Of a stretch of DNA of 64,000 bases, positions 1 through 11,067 are shown in pieces; the first letter of the stretch is position 1; each line of letters opens with the position of its first letter. This DNA is from Bacteroidales bacterium (GTDB lineage: Bacteria; Bacteroidota; Bacteroidia; Bacteroidales; UBA4417). Location of the stretch: positions 75,859 to 139,858 of the forward strand of contig JADJGZ010000011.1 in NCBI GenBank assembly GCA_016707785.1, in the 5' to 3' direction. The translations under genes and the position numbers were made by a program. The notes beneath the pieces were generated by a model that saw nothing but the letters and a program-made list of their open reading frames with translations, searched no databases and was not told the origin of the DNA.

Positions 1-1356
1 TCTCAAATAAAAAAATGAGGGGATAGGAAAATAAGGTGAGTAATGCACTCATCCCAAAAAGTACGAAATTCTGCCGTTCAAGATCCTTGAAGCTTCCTTC
101 CTGCAATAAGGTCATTCCGACATAAATCAGGGAATAGGAAATGAATATCATGAGTGAAGCAAAAAAGAACTGTGACCTCCTGATCAGTGATACCACAGAA
201 ATGATAGCAATGATCCCGGTTATAAGTTGCATGTACAGAAATTCAAAACTATTTGGCACGAGAAAACCAAGAATGATAATTGTAATGATATGTACAAACA
301 GTGCCAGCCTTGTATCATAAAAAGTCCTTACAATGATGGGCACCAGGCATAAGGGAACAGCATTGAGATAGGAGACATTATGGTTAATCACCAGGGTAGT
401 TGATGTAACCATGATAGTGATCAGCATCAGTAAAAGCACAATATTCCTGTTTTCATTGAAGATATCATGGCGGAAGGTGATCATGAATAAAGCAAAAACC
501 ATCAGTGAAATTGCCACCAGCAGCACCCTCCCGGCAAATATCATGGGATAACTGGAGGTCTGCCCTATCCTTTCTTCATAATCCTTTTTGAATGAAATCA
601 ACACCTGGTATTTAGAATCTGTTACCACTTCTCCTTTGGCGATAATTTTTTCACCCTTTTGCATCATCCCCCTGGTAGCTGAAACATTCTTTAAGGTTTG
701 TTCCCTTTGGACAAGTGAAAAAGACTCATCATAGATTACATTGTGTACAATAGACTGTTGTAAAAGAGGCAATAAAAATGACTGATCGGCTCCTGCATAC
801 ATCGCAGCAGTTTTCACAAGGAAATCATTGGCTGAACGTACATTGAATAAGCTACTCATTTCGCGTATCTCAGCAACATTTTCCTTAAGTATTGCGATTC
901 GGTTGCCCTCCTTGAGCGATGTAACTGAAGGTGTATTTTCAATTACACCCCTTTTAAACAAGCTATCAAGAATAAAAAGTCCGGCATTTAGTGTTGTCAG
1001 TTCCCGGGGTTTCATCTCTGGAGATTCCCCCTTTGTTTGTTTCCATTTTTCTTCGAAGCGGATTTTGAACTGATCAACTGACGTTTTTACAATCACTGAA
1101 TCGTAACGGAAGTATGCAAATGTTTCGGTAAGTGCCTCTTTTTGTTCTTTCAATAGTTCTGCATTAGTTTTATGTATTGCAAAATCGAAAGGTGCTATAA
1201 GATCTTCATGCTGCCATGGCTTTCCACGATGGAATTCATATTTAAACTGTCCTTCTCTTGGGAAAAGGCTCACCAGGATGAACAGGACTAATACAAAATA
1301 AATCCCTTTGTTGATATTATAATAATGCTTCCAGAACCCAATAAAGCGACGTCTCA
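1..1356 (-). CDS. 7TM-receptor/HD-hydrolase family membrane protein (HDIG/PgpH-like), N-terminal part; runs off the left edge
   Basis: Absent from the ORF track because no stop lies inside the window. My translation from the ATG at 1356 gives MRRRFIGFWKHYYNINKGIYFVLVLFILVSLFPREGQFKYEFHRGKPWQHEDLIAPFDFAI.... This is followed by a soluble region and then a long hydrophobic multi-helix stretch toward coordinate 1. The HD domain itself would lie outside the window. Confidence 0.55.
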
Positions 1357-1474
1357 TACAGGTACTATTATTTTACGAATATAATAAAATTTGCCGGTAA
1401 GGACTCAATTGATAACTTTGCAGCAGTACAATTAACAAGCATCATCCTGTAAATTATTGTTTATTACCTTAGAT

Positions 1475-2251
1475 ATGACTGGTATTTGTAATTTGAGCAT
1501 TATTCCTATCAGGCTCCAACCTTCTGACAAATCAGAAATGGTGAGCCAGTTATTATTTGGAGAAACCTACAGTATCCTTGATGATTTAAATAACTGGGTT
1601 CTCATCAGAAGCGACTATGATCATTACGAAGGGTGGGTTGACGAAAAAGTTGTACATAAGGCCGAAGACTCATTTTTACAGTCTTTACAATCTGCAAAGA
1701 CAATAATGCTTGAAGATATTTCAGCATTGGCAATCAACCAGGGGAATTCCCAATCATTGAATTTGGTCAGAGGCAGTATATTACCTGTTTACCAGGATGG
1801 CAAATTCAGAATCAATGACGATGTATACGGGTTAACTGCTAATGTCTGTGCAATTCCGGATTCTCCTGAACCCGGCAGCATTCTTGAAAAAGCCATGAAA
1901 TATTTGAATTCTCCCTATCTGTGGGGAGGGAAATCACCATTCGGACTGGATTGTTCCGGATTTGTCCAGATGGTTTACAAATCAGCGGGTTATACTTTGC
2001 CAAGAGATGCACATCAGCAATCTCTAGTGGGAGAAGGCATCAGTTTTATCAGTGAAGCACAACCCGGCGATCTTGCTTACTTCGAGAATGGCTCAGGAAA
2101 TATAATACATGTCGGCATACTGCTTGGCACCGACAGGATTATTCATGCCTCCGGTTCGGTGAGGATTGATTCCATTGATCATCATGGTATTTTTAACCAG
2201 CAATTGGGTCGTTATACCCACACCTTGAGAATTATCAAAAAAATGACTTAG
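1475..2251 (+). CDS. NlpC/P60 (C40) cell-wall peptidase with N-terminal SH3-like domain
   Basis: ORF 1457..2251. Catalytic-Cys context YLWGGKSPFGLDCSGFVQMVY, and downstream IIHVGILL / IIHAS His motifs. The ATG at 1475 is the likelier start. Confidence 0.85.
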   Translation: MTGICNLSIIPIRLQPSDKSEMVSQLLFGETYSILDDLNNWVLIRSDYDHYEGWVDEKVVHKAEDSFLQSLQSAKTIMLEDISALAINQGNSQSLNLVRGSILPVYQDGKFRINDDVYGLTANVCAIPDSPEPGSILEKAMKYLNSPYLWGGKSPFGLDCSGFVQMVYKSAGYTLPRDAHQQSLVGEGISFISEAQPGDLAYFENGSGNIIHVGILLGTDRIIHASGSVRIDSIDHHGIFNQQLGRYTHTLRIIKKMT

Positions 2252-2458
2252 TATCTTTTTATAAAGTATTAAATTATAGATATAGCATCAATCAGTCATT
2301 TTATGAATAAGCTTCTGTTAAGTTTATGATACATGTTAATAAGTATAATTTTTTGTTAACAAATAGCATTTAATTTTGGAGGTCTAAACAGATATACCTT
2401 GCTAACTTGACATGCCTCAATAATAAACCAATATCTAACCACAAACAAATCGAAATCA

Positions 2459-5400
2459 ATGAAAATCAGGAATTTTCTGTGCTTTCTACTCTTGATAGCT
2501 GTGAGCTATCTTCAGGCGCAGGTGACTACTTCAGGAATGAATGGGAAAGTCACCGTTGCGAACAATGAATCTCTTCCAGGTGCAACTGTGATGGCCATTC
2601 ACGTTCCATCAGGTACACAGTATGGCACCATCACCGATCCGGATGGTTATTTTAATTTTTCCAATATGCGGGTAGGTGGACCCTATACATTAAAAGTCTC
2701 TTTTGTTGGGTTCAAAACAACTGAGTTGAATGATATTACCCTCAACCTGGGGCAGACACAAGGTATTAATGTGAACCTTGTACAGGAATCTTCGCAAATT
2801 GCCGGCGTTGTTGTAGTCGCTGTTAAAAATGAACTGATCAATGGTAACAGGACCGGTGCTTCTACCAATGTAAGTACCCGGCAGATTGAGTCACTTCCTT
2901 CCATTAACAGGAGTATCAATGACTTTACAAGGATGAGTCCTCAATCCAACGGGAATAGTTTTGCCGGCAGGGATGGGCGTTATAACAACATAACTATTGA
3001 TGGTGCTAACTTCAATAACAATTTTGGATTGAGCTCAAAATCACTTCCCGGAGGAGATGCTCAGCCTATCAGTCTGGATGCAATCGAAGAAATTAGCGTC
3101 AATATTGCTCCTTATGATATTCGCCAGTCAAATTTTACCGGGGCCAATGTTAATGCGGTAACCCGTTCAGGTGATAATCAATGGAAAGGATCGATCTATG
3201 GGTATTATCGCGATAAATCCTTTAATGGTTCAAAGGTTGAAGATCAGACCCTTACTTTAACTGACCAGACTACTTCCACTTATGGAGCCAGGTTTGGTGG
3301 CCCTATCATTAAAAATAAGCTTTTCATCTTTGCCAATGCCGAGAAAGAAAAATCCTCTTACCCGGGCATTGCCTGGAAACCCAGCACAGATGGAGTAGGT
3401 GATGCCGCCGCCAGTATTTCAAGAACCTCCGAAACGGATCTTGAGGCCATGCGCACTCATCTTATGTCTAACTATAGTTATGATCCGGGAACCTACAAGG
3501 ATTTTGGAAATTTTGCTTCCGAAAACTATAAAATATTAGCCAGGATTGACTGGAATATTACCAAGAAACATCGTTTCACTTTCAGGTACAACTACGTAGA
3601 ATCAACCAATGACCAGCAGGTGAATGCAACCAGTGCCCCCGGGACACGCTCTACATTCGGTCGTATCGGAGAGAAATCTATGTCCTTTACCAATGCAAAT
3701 TATGGCTTCCTGAATACTGTCAGTTCAATAACCGCAGAGTTGAACTCTGTTCTGAATAAATCCTCTAATAAGCTTCTCTTTACCTACACTAAAATACGGG
3801 ATACCAGGAGCAGCAATAGTTCCTTATTCCCATTTGTTGATATTTACAAGGATGGTGATCCCTATATGAGTTTCGGGTACGAATTATTCAGCAAGGACAA
3901 TGATGTGAAGAATAATGTTCTTACCATTACCGATAACTTCAATTTTTACCTTGGTAAACATACCCTGACTGTAGGTGCCGCCTTTGATAAACTGTACTTC
4001 GGAAATAGTTATAAACGCTATGGTACCAGCTATTATCGTTTTGCTTCCATGGAAGATTTTATTAATAAAGCAGCACCCACTACATTCGGTATCACCTATC
4101 CATATAGTGGCGATGGTTATGCTGAATTAAACTTTGGTTATGGAAGTATATATGTTCAGGATGAGTACAGGATGACTGACAACCTGAAACTCACCGCCGG
4201 TTTAAGGTATGAAATGCCGGTATATATGGACGATCCTACTGCAAACCCGGCTATTGAAGCTCTAACTTTCAAGGATCTTGACGGAAATGATCTTTCAATT
4301 AATGTTGGTAGCTGGCCAAAAGCAAAGGGAACCATTTCCCCGCGTATCAGTTTCAATTGGGATGCCAAGGGTGATAAATCTCTGCAGGTCAGAGGAGGTA
4401 CCGGTGTATTCACAGGCCGTCTGCCTTTTGTATGGTTCACCAACCAGCCAACCAATAGTGGTGTTTTGCAGAATACAGTAGAAATCACCAAGAATTACCA
4501 GCTGAGTGCACTTACCTTTAATCCTGATCCTTTCTATTATGTTAGCGGAGCTCACCAGATAGACTCCCTCTTCTCTTCTACTCCTTCTTCAAAAGCTCCG
4601 GGTTCCATTGCCGTTGTGGATAAAAACTTCAAAATGCCCCAGGTATGGAGAACCAATATAGCTGCCGACTTTGAACTTCCATGGTATGACCTCGTGTTTA
4701 CGATTGAAGGCATTTATTCAAAAGACGTTAATGCCATTGTTCAATACAATGCCAATGTAAAAGCCACTGATACCACTTTCCAGGGTGCTGATAACCGCCC
4801 AAGATACTTATCCTCAAAAATAAATTCTGCTATATCTTCAGCAATGGTTCTCACCAATGCCAAGGGTGAAGGATTTACTTATTCTTTGACAGCCCAAATT
4901 GCAAAACCATTCACAAAGGGCTTCTCAGGATTCCTTGCTTACACTTATACGGGAGCAAAGGACCTTACAGCTAATCCAGGTTCTGCTGCTCAGTCGGCAT
5001 GGTCCAGCAATCCATCAGTTCAAAACCAGAACACTCCCGGACTTAGTTATTCACAGTTTGCAGTTCCCAGCAGGTTACTTGCCTCCTTATCATACCATAA
5101 AGAATATCTCAAGCATCTCGGAACTACCGTTTCTGTTTACTTCCAGGGAAGCAGCCAGGGTCGCCTCGATTACATCTATTCAAATGATATGAATGGAGAT
5201 GGTAATGCTGCTGACCTCATGTACATTCCTAAGGATGAAACAGAAATTGTTTTTGCTGATATCACTAAGAAAGATAATGAAGGAAATACCGTAGTAGTAT
5301 TCTCTGCTGCTGATCAGGCAACTGCCTTCTGGAAATATGTTGATCAGGATGACTACCTCTCAGAACACAAAGGGGAATATGCCGAAAGATATGGCGTGGT

Positions 5401-5722
5401 TATGCCTTGGCTAAACCGCTGGGATATTAAGATCATGCAGGATATCTTTACCAAATTCGGTCCTACCAAACACACTCTGCAGATCAGTCTCGACCTGCTG
5501 AATGTCGGTAATTTAATCAATTCTGACTGGGGTGTTTCAAAAAGGCAGACCCTTGGAACCTATGACATCACTTTATTAAAATACAGCAAAACTGGTAGCG
5601 ATGGCATACCCGTTTATCAATTAAACTACTCAGGTTCAGCTTTACCTACTACTACTTATGTACCGGTGCTGTCTACACTCAGCACATGGGGAGCACAGTT
5701 AGGAATCAGGTATACTTTTTAA
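2459..5722 (+). CDS. TonB-dependent outer-membrane receptor with carboxypeptidase-regulatory-like N-domain
   Basis: 1087 aa. Signal peptide (MKIRNFLCFLLLIAVSYLQAQ), a CarbopepD_reg-like segment (GKVTVANNESLPGATVMAI...GYFNFSNMRVGGPYTLKVSFVGF), a plug-like region, a beta-barrel, and an aromatic C-terminus (GIRYTF). Confidence 0.85.
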   Translation: MKIRNFLCFLLLIAVSYLQAQVTTSGMNGKVTVANNESLPGATVMAIHVPSGTQYGTITDPDGYFNFSNMRVGGPYTLKVSFVGFKTTELNDITLNLGQTQGINVNLVQESSQIAGVVVVAVKNELINGNRTGASTNVSTRQIESLPSINRSINDFTRMSPQSNGNSFAGRDGRYNNITIDGANFNNNFGLSSKSLPGGDAQPISLDAIEEISVNIAPYDIRQSNFTGANVNAVTRSGDNQWKGSIYGYYRDKSFNGSKVEDQTLTLTDQTTSTYGARFGGPIIKNKLFIFANAEKEKSSYPGIAWKPSTDGVGDAAASISRTSETDLEAMRTHLMSNYSYDPGTYKDFGNFASENYKILARIDWNITKKHRFTFRYNYVESTNDQQVNATSAPGTRSTFGRIGEKSMSFTNANYGFLNTVSSITAELNSVLNKSSNKLLFTYTKIRDTRSSNSSLFPFVDIYKDGDPYMSFGYELFSKDNDVKNNVLTITDNFNFYLGKHTLTVGAAFDKLYFGNSYKRYGTSYYRFASMEDFINKAAPTTFGITYPYSGDGYAELNFGYGSIYVQDEYRMTDNLKLTAGLRYEMPVYMDDPTANPAIEALTFKDLDGNDLSINVGSWPKAKGTISPRISFNWDAKGDKSLQVRGGTGVFTGRLPFVWFTNQPTNSGVLQNTVEITKNYQLSALTFNPDPFYYVSGAHQIDSLFSSTPSSKAPGSIAVVDKNFKMPQVWRTNIAADFELPWYDLVFTIEGIYSKDVNAIVQYNANVKATDTTFQGADNRPRYLSSKINSAISSAMVLTNAKGEGFTYSLTAQIAKPFTKGFSGFLAYTYTGAKDLTANPGSAAQSAWSSNPSVQNQNTPGLSYSQFAVPSRLLASLSYHKEYLKHLGTTVSVYFQGSSQGRLDYIYSNDMNGDGNAADLMYIPKDETEIVFADITKKDNEGNTVVVFSAADQATAFWKYVDQDDYLSEHKGEYAERYGVVMPWLNRWDIKIMQDIFTKFGPTKHTLQISLDLLNVGNLINSDWGVSKRQTLGTYDITLLKYSKTGSDGIPVYQLNYSGSALPTTTYVPVLSTLSTWGAQLGIRYTF

Positions 5723-5742
5723 TCGAACAAACTTCCTTACAG

Positions 5743-5780
5743 AAAAGGCTGCCAAAATCAGGCAGCCTTTTCCATTTTTC
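5743..5780. terminator. Bidirectional rho-independent terminator between convergent genes
   Basis: Hairpin aaaaggctgcc-aaaatca-ggcagcctttt, flanked by A and T runs. It lies between the receptor stop (5722) and the MFS stop (5795). Confidence 0.6.
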
Positions 5781-5794
5781 GGAAAAGTGTGATT

Positions 5795-7174
5795 TTATAT
5801 ATTGGGCCTTGAAGCGTTCTGAATTTCTTCTTTTCTTCCTTTAAGCAGGAAACTCAGTAACATTGCAGCATAAGCCATCATGGCGATTAAAAGGAATGAA
5901 CTGTCATATCCCTTTAACCTGTTTACAGCTGCGGCAACAATAATTCCTATCAAAGTAGCTCCTGTCATCTGGCCCACACTTGTAAAAAGTGTAATAAGTC
6001 CTTGTCCCATTGCACGATCAGAAGACTGAACTTCATTCAACATGATGTATCTCATCGAGGATCCTTGCAACATAGATGTTCCCAACCCTATCAGGATCCC
6101 TCCGGCATAAAACCAGGGTAATGAGTGCGAAGCAAAGAACAAGACCAACAAACCGGTTGCTGATGAAAAAAGCCCGGCTATTACAATCACCCTTGAACCA
6201 ACCTTATCAATCAACCTCCCAGAAACAGGCGCTCCAACTGCAACTGCCAGTACAAAAGGGATCAGCATGAAAGCAGCATCTGAAGAAGATACCTGGAAAA
6301 GATTCACAGCCATTTCAGGAACAAAAATGGTTACAGATTGAAGCAAACCGGCTCCAACTGCAACAATACCCACAATTCTTATCTGCTTTACATCAAAGAG
6401 CTCAATTTTCATGACAGGTGCGAAAGCTTTCTTCTCAAAGAAAATGAAAAGTATAAATGAGATCACCGAGATCACAAAAAAGGGCCAGACCTCAATAGAG
6501 ACCAGGCTGCTTAATCCCCTAGCAACATCAATCGAGTTGATTCCATAAACGAAGGAGGCCAGCAATATTGCAATCAGGAGCATACCCGGCCAGTCAAAAT
6601 TCACCGCACTGCTTTTATGAGAGGGAAGCATCCTTAAACTAAAGTAAATAACCACTATCGCAATTGGAATATTGATGAGGAAAAGGGAATTCCAACTGAA
6701 AAACCTGAGCATGACTCCAGCCATTAATGGCCCGATCAGAAATGCCATTCCGAATACTGCGCCGATCATTCCTAAGGCTTTACCCCGCTTTTCAGGCGGG
6801 AAAATATCTCCAATAACAGCCGATGCAACCGGGAATATTCCACTCGCACCAAATCCCTGGACAGCACGCCCTGAAAGTAGCAAAGTCATATTTCCTGAAA
6901 ATGCCACCATGGCTGAACCTATTGCGAATACAGCCACAGAAAAAACATAGATTGACTTCCTGCCGTATAAATCTGACAGTCGTGCCAATAATGAGACTCC
7001 TATTAGATTGAACAAGACATAGATACTGAAAATCCAGGCCAAGGATTTGTGATCCACCTGAATACTCTTTTCAATAGATGGAATTGCCGGACCTACAATC
7101 GAGATATCAAGGGCTCCCATGAGCACCCCTGTAAATAAGAGAATCAGAATTTTGCCGTTTCTGTGTTTATCCAT
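5795..7174 (-). CDS. MFS transporter, 14-TM drug:H+ antiporter (DHA2/EmrB-like)
   Basis: ORF 5795..7207. Many TM helices. MFS signature region LSDLYGRKSIYVFSVAVFAIGS...GRAVQGFGASG. Likely start MDKHRNGK at 7174. Confidence 0.85.
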   Translation of the reverse strand: MDKHRNGKILILLFTGVLMGALDISIVGPAIPSIEKSIQVDHKSLAWIFSIYVLFNLIGVSLLARLSDLYGRKSIYVFSVAVFAIGSAMVAFSGNMTLLLSGRAVQGFGASGIFPVASAVIGDIFPPEKRGKALGMIGAVFGMAFLIGPLMAGVMLRFFSWNSLFLINIPIAIVVIYFSLRMLPSHKSSAVNFDWPGMLLIAILLASFVYGINSIDVARGLSSLVSIEVWPFFVISVISFILFIFFEKKAFAPVMKIELFDVKQIRIVGIVAVGAGLLQSVTIFVPEMAVNLFQVSSSDAAFMLIPFVLAVAVGAPVSGRLIDKVGSRVIVIAGLFSSATGLLVLFFASHSLPWFYAGGILIGLGTSMLQGSSMRYIMLNEVQSSDRAMGQGLITLFTSVGQMTGATLIGIIVAAAVNRLKGYDSSFLLIAMMAYAAMLLSFLLKGRKEEIQNASRPNI

Positions 7175-7317
7175 ACCAACAAATAAGATTGGCAAAGATA
7201 GCAGCAAAAGGAAATGGGTAACCGTGCAGCCTAAATGAAATTAGAAAAGCTCAAAGTCTCTAAACTTTCATCTTCTGCCAATCAAATCATCAATCGTAAT
7301 TATTCAGCTTGGATATC

Positions 7318-8958
7318 TTACTGGCACCTGTCTTTTTTCATGAAAGGGTACCTGTAATCTGTTGGAGGCATCAGGGTTTCCTTAATGGTTCTGGGATTTG
7401 TCCAACGAACCAGGTTAAGGTGGCTGCCGGATTTGTCATTTGTCCCTGACTGCCTGGACCCTCCGAAGGGCTGTTGACCAACAACTGCCCCGGTAGGTTT
7501 ATCGTTAAAATAAAGATTACCTGCCGCATATTTTAGCTTATCAGCTGCATAACTGAGCACATATCGGTCAGAAGCAAAAATAGAACCTGTAAGTCCGTAT
7601 GGGGAGGTTTCATCCACAAGTTTCAAGGTTTCATCAAAATCCTTATCCTTATAAACAAATATCGAAAGCACCGGACCAAAGATCTCTTCTTCCATGGTAA
7701 CATAATGAGGATCTTTCACTTTAATCACAGTGGGTTCAATAAAATATCCGGTAGTTTTATCAGAATTTCCACCAAAAACAATTTCAGCATCCGTTGAACT
7801 CTTTACTTGAGAGATATACCCGGAAATATTATCAAAAGAATTTTCATCAATAACAGCATTCATAAAGTTCCCAAAGTCCCTTACATCGCCCATTTTAGCT
7901 TCGGCTAGCATATCACCCATTAGTTCTTTGACTTTCGGCCATAGAGATTCAGGTATATAAGCCCTGGAAGCAGCTGAGCATTTTTGACCCTGGTATTCAA
8001 ATGCACCTCTTACCAATGCAGTTGCCACTTCGTCACTATTGGCAGAAGAGTGCACCAGTACGAAATCCTTACCACCTGTTTCCCCAACTATTCTGGGATA
8101 GGATCGATAGCTTGACAGATTCTGGGCTGCCATAAGCCAGAGTTTATTAAATGTAGCGTTAGATCCTGTAAAATGTAAACCAGCAAATGAAGGATGGTCG
8201 AAAATGGTTTTCCCTATCACGCCCCCGGATCCCGGAATGAAATTAATTACCCCGGCAGGCAATCCTGCTTCCCTGAAAATATCCATCAGGATGTAGTTGG
8301 AAAGTACCGCAGTAGATGCCGGTTTCCAAAGCGTAACATTTCCCATTAAAGCAGGTGCCATATTCAGATTGGATGCAATAGCCGTAAAGTTGAAAGGACT
8401 GAGTGAAAACACAAATCCTTCCAAAGGCCTATACTCCAGCCTGTTGATGATTCCCGGATCGGAATGAGGCTGTTCGTGGTATATATCTGAAATATAATGT
8501 GCATTGAATCTCAGGAAATCAATTACTTCACATGCCGCATCTATTTCAGCCTGGTATGCGCTCTTACCCTGGCCCAGCATGGTTGCTGCATTGATCCGGT
8601 TACGGTACTTTTTTGAAATGAGTTCAGCAGCTTTCAGGGTAATCGATGCCCTCTCAAACCAGGATAGTCCTTCCCATTCATTATGCGCCTTCATGGCAGC
8701 ATCAATAGCCATTCCCACTTCAGTTGCCCCTGCCTTGTGATACCTGGCAATTACATGCCGGTGATCATGAGGCATCCTGACTTCTTCAATATTCCCGGTA
8801 CGAACTTCCTTACCGCCAATGATCAATGGAATGTCAAGGATCTCAGAGGACATGGAATCAAGTTCAGCCATGAGATCTTTTCTTTCTTTTGTCCCGGGGG
8901 CATAACTGTGAACCTGCTCATTCGATGGATAGTCAAAAATAAAAACTGAATTATGCAT
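7318..8958 (-). CDS. pruA: L-glutamate gamma-semialdehyde (1-pyrroline-5-carboxylate) dehydrogenase
   Basis: 546 aa. Aldehyde-dehydrogenase motifs GETGGKDF and FEYQGQKCSAASR (catalytic Cys). The length and the N-terminal FDYPSNEQVHSYAPGTKERK match the long PruA type. Confidence 0.85.
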   Translation of the reverse strand: MHNSVFIFDYPSNEQVHSYAPGTKERKDLMAELDSMSSEILDIPLIIGGKEVRTGNIEEVRMPHDHRHVIARYHKAGATEVGMAIDAAMKAHNEWEGLSWFERASITLKAAELISKKYRNRINAATMLGQGKSAYQAEIDAACEVIDFLRFNAHYISDIYHEQPHSDPGIINRLEYRPLEGFVFSLSPFNFTAIASNLNMAPALMGNVTLWKPASTAVLSNYILMDIFREAGLPAGVINFIPGSGGVIGKTIFDHPSFAGLHFTGSNATFNKLWLMAAQNLSSYRSYPRIVGETGGKDFVLVHSSANSDEVATALVRGAFEYQGQKCSAASRAYIPESLWPKVKELMGDMLAEAKMGDVRDFGNFMNAVIDENSFDNISGYISQVKSSTDAEIVFGGNSDKTTGYFIEPTVIKVKDPHYVTMEEEIFGPVLSIFVYKDKDFDETLKLVDETSPYGLTGSIFASDRYVLSYAADKLKYAAGNLYFNDKPTGAVVGQQPFGGSRQSGTNDKSGSHLNLVRWTNPRTIKETLMPPTDYRYPFMKKDRCQ

Positions 8959-9130
8959 CTATAAATTAATCTAAGTTAAAGGATTCGTTTACTGTAATAA
9001 ACAACATTTAATCAGCTTGTTTGTTCACGTATTAGGCACGAATGAAAGCAGCCTTTTACAATAACCTTCATGCAATCTGGCAGGTTTCTGAAGCTTTAAA
9101 ATGTATTAATTTTACACAAAGTTTATTCAG

Positions 9131-9904
9131 ATGGATTATTATATCATAACCGGTGTTTCAAGGGGAATTGGCGAAGCTATAGCCAGGAATCTGCTTTACA
9201 AAGGAAACACCCTTTTTTGCACTTCCCGAACCATGAATGAAGACCTTGTTGAAACAGCTTCATCAATGGAAGTTCCACTTTTCTATTATGAAGCCGATCT
9301 CACTCATAAAGGTACAGCTGAAAAGTTCATGGATGAGGTTTTTTCAAGGATTATTCCAGACAGTTCTACCCGGATTGCATTAATCAACAATGCAGGTATG
9401 TTGGAGCCCATCTCCCGGATAGAGAATGCTGATCCAATATTAATGGAAGAACACCTGAAACTGAACTTACTGGCTCCGGCATTGCTGAGTGCAGGCTTTA
9501 TCAAGCATTCAGGAAACCTGCCCATCGTTAAAGTAATTCTGAATATATCATCCGGGGCATCTGCTTACCCGTATGCTGCCTGGGCAATGTATTGCGCATC
9601 AAAGGCAGGTCTTGATATGCTTACGCGTACTATTGGCCTGGAACAATCATCATCATTAAATCCTGTTAAAACGATAGCGCTTGCTCCGGGAATTGTAGAT
9701 ACTGCAATGCAAACACACATCCGAAAATCAGATGCTGAGCAGTTCACCGAGAAAGAAAAGTTTGTTAAGCTTCATGAAGAAGGCAAATTAAGTGATCCTG
9801 CGAGTGTTGCCGGCATAATTATTAAAGCAATATTCAATCCTGACATTCCTCAAGGGGAAATTCTGAATATTGATCAAATGAAATCCTATTCAAAAGAGCA
9901 CTAA
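9131..9904 (+). CDS. Short-chain dehydrogenase/reductase (sepiapterin-reductase-like SDR)
   Basis: TGVSRGIGEAIA cofactor-binding motif, NNAG, and the catalytic YCASKAG (YxxxK). Confidence 0.8.
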   Translation: MDYYIITGVSRGIGEAIARNLLYKGNTLFCTSRTMNEDLVETASSMEVPLFYYEADLTHKGTAEKFMDEVFSRIIPDSSTRIALINNAGMLEPISRIENADPILMEEHLKLNLLAPALLSAGFIKHSGNLPIVKVILNISSGASAYPYAAWAMYCASKAGLDMLTRTIGLEQSSSLNPVKTIALAPGIVDTAMQTHIRKSDAEQFTEKEKFVKLHEEGKLSDPASVAGIIIKAIFNPDIPQGEILNIDQMKSYSKEH

Positions 9905-9957
9905 CTTTGATGCAGCAACCGAATTTAGATTAATGGCGGTAAAAAACACGATTCCGA

Positions 9958-10554
9958 ATGATTGATGCATTAAAAGAACTGGATACCCGTTTCCTGCTTT
10001 TTCTGAATAGTTTCCATAACTCTTTTTTCGATCAGCTTATGTGGCTGGTTAGTGACAAATTCACATGGGTGCCCTTATATATATGGTTCATATGGCTCCT
10101 CTATAAAAAATATAAGAGTAAGTTCTGGATGGTATTGGTGATGATCACACTAATGATTGTATTGAGTGATCAGATGGCTAACCTATTCAAAAATGGATTT
10201 ATGCGCTTACGACCTTCTAATGAACCGGCCATCCGTCACCTGATTCACATTGTGAATGGTTACACCGGCGGACCTTATGGTTTTTATTCGGGACATGCTG
10301 CTAATGCCTTTGCAGTTGCGACATTCGTCATACTTATGTTAGGAAAAGAGATGAAATACCTGGTTTGGATATGCCTTTCATATGCGACCCTTGTTTCCTA
10401 TAGCAGGATTTACCTGGGGGTTCATTACCCTCTGGATGTTCTCACCGGAGCTATCGCAGGAATATTGACCGGAGGTTTAATGGTATGGGGCCTGGAGAAA
10501 TGGATGAAAAGTGGTATGCTTCAAAAAGCTGTCACTAGGATTGAGAATGAGTAG
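9958..10554 (+). CDS. PAP2-family membrane phosphatase (undecaprenyl-diphosphatase-like)
   Basis: Acid-phosphatase motifs KNGFMRLRPS, YSGHAA and SRIYLGVHYPLDV, with several TM helices. Confidence 0.75.
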   Translation: MIDALKELDTRFLLFLNSFHNSFFDQLMWLVSDKFTWVPLYIWFIWLLYKKYKSKFWMVLVMITLMIVLSDQMANLFKNGFMRLRPSNEPAIRHLIHIVNGYTGGPYGFYSGHAANAFAVATFVILMLGKEMKYLVWICLSYATLVSYSRIYLGVHYPLDVLTGAIAGILTGGLMVWGLEKWMKSGMLQKAVTRIENE

Positions 10555-10578
10555 AAATTATGGAATTGATGATTCCTT

Positions 10579-11046
10579 TTACTTCACGTACCCGAAAATT
10601 TTTCCGGAAAATCTTTTTACAACTATTTTAAATGTGCAGACCTCCCTTACAGAGGGGTCATTATAAGTAAACTCCCTATCCGAATAATTCTTCATAATCA
10701 TATTCAAAATCCGGATTTTTTCTTCCTTGTCATCAACAAACTCAATTTCCCCGAAGGCTTGTACACTCCTGTAGTGCATTGAATAACTGCAGGCGACCTG
10801 CTCGCTTTGAGCATGCAAAAGGTGATCAGCACTGAATACAATGCAAACCTGGGGATGCTTTTTTAAGATTTCAATTTTTTTACCTTTTTTTGAGGAATGG
10901 AGATAGATAACTCCATCTTCATATCCGAAGTTAAAGGGAACCACATAGGGTGTGTTATCAACATCCATCATTCCCACATAACAGACATTGCACTTTAGGA
11001 TAATTTCATCAATATCCCTTTGCTGTTGAATGAATTTAGCGCGCAT
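10579..11046 (-). CDS. Pyridoxamine 5'-phosphate oxidase family (FMN-binding split-barrel) protein
   Basis: 155 aa. Pattern CNVCYVGMMDVDNTPYVVPFNFGYEDGVIYLHSSKKGKKIEILKK is typical of the general-stress/PNPOx-like family. Confidence 0.6.
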   Translation of the reverse strand: MRAKFIQQQRDIDEIILKCNVCYVGMMDVDNTPYVVPFNFGYEDGVIYLHSSKKGKKIEILKKHPQVCIVFSADHLLHAQSEQVACSYSMHYRSVQAFGEIEFVDDKEEKIRILNMIMKNYSDREFTYNDPSVREVCTFKIVVKRFSGKIFGYVK

Positions 11047-11067
11047 CCGGGTTAATTAAGGCATTAT

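Noticed and set aside
828-1073. 81-aa plus-strand ORF
   Set aside because: It is antisense to the much longer, motif-bearing minus-strand HD/7TM gene that spans 1..1356.
2252-2458. Cobalamin or other riboswitch upstream of the TonB-dependent receptor
   Set aside because: This is an AT-rich leader with no recognisable B12-box or conserved riboswitch core.
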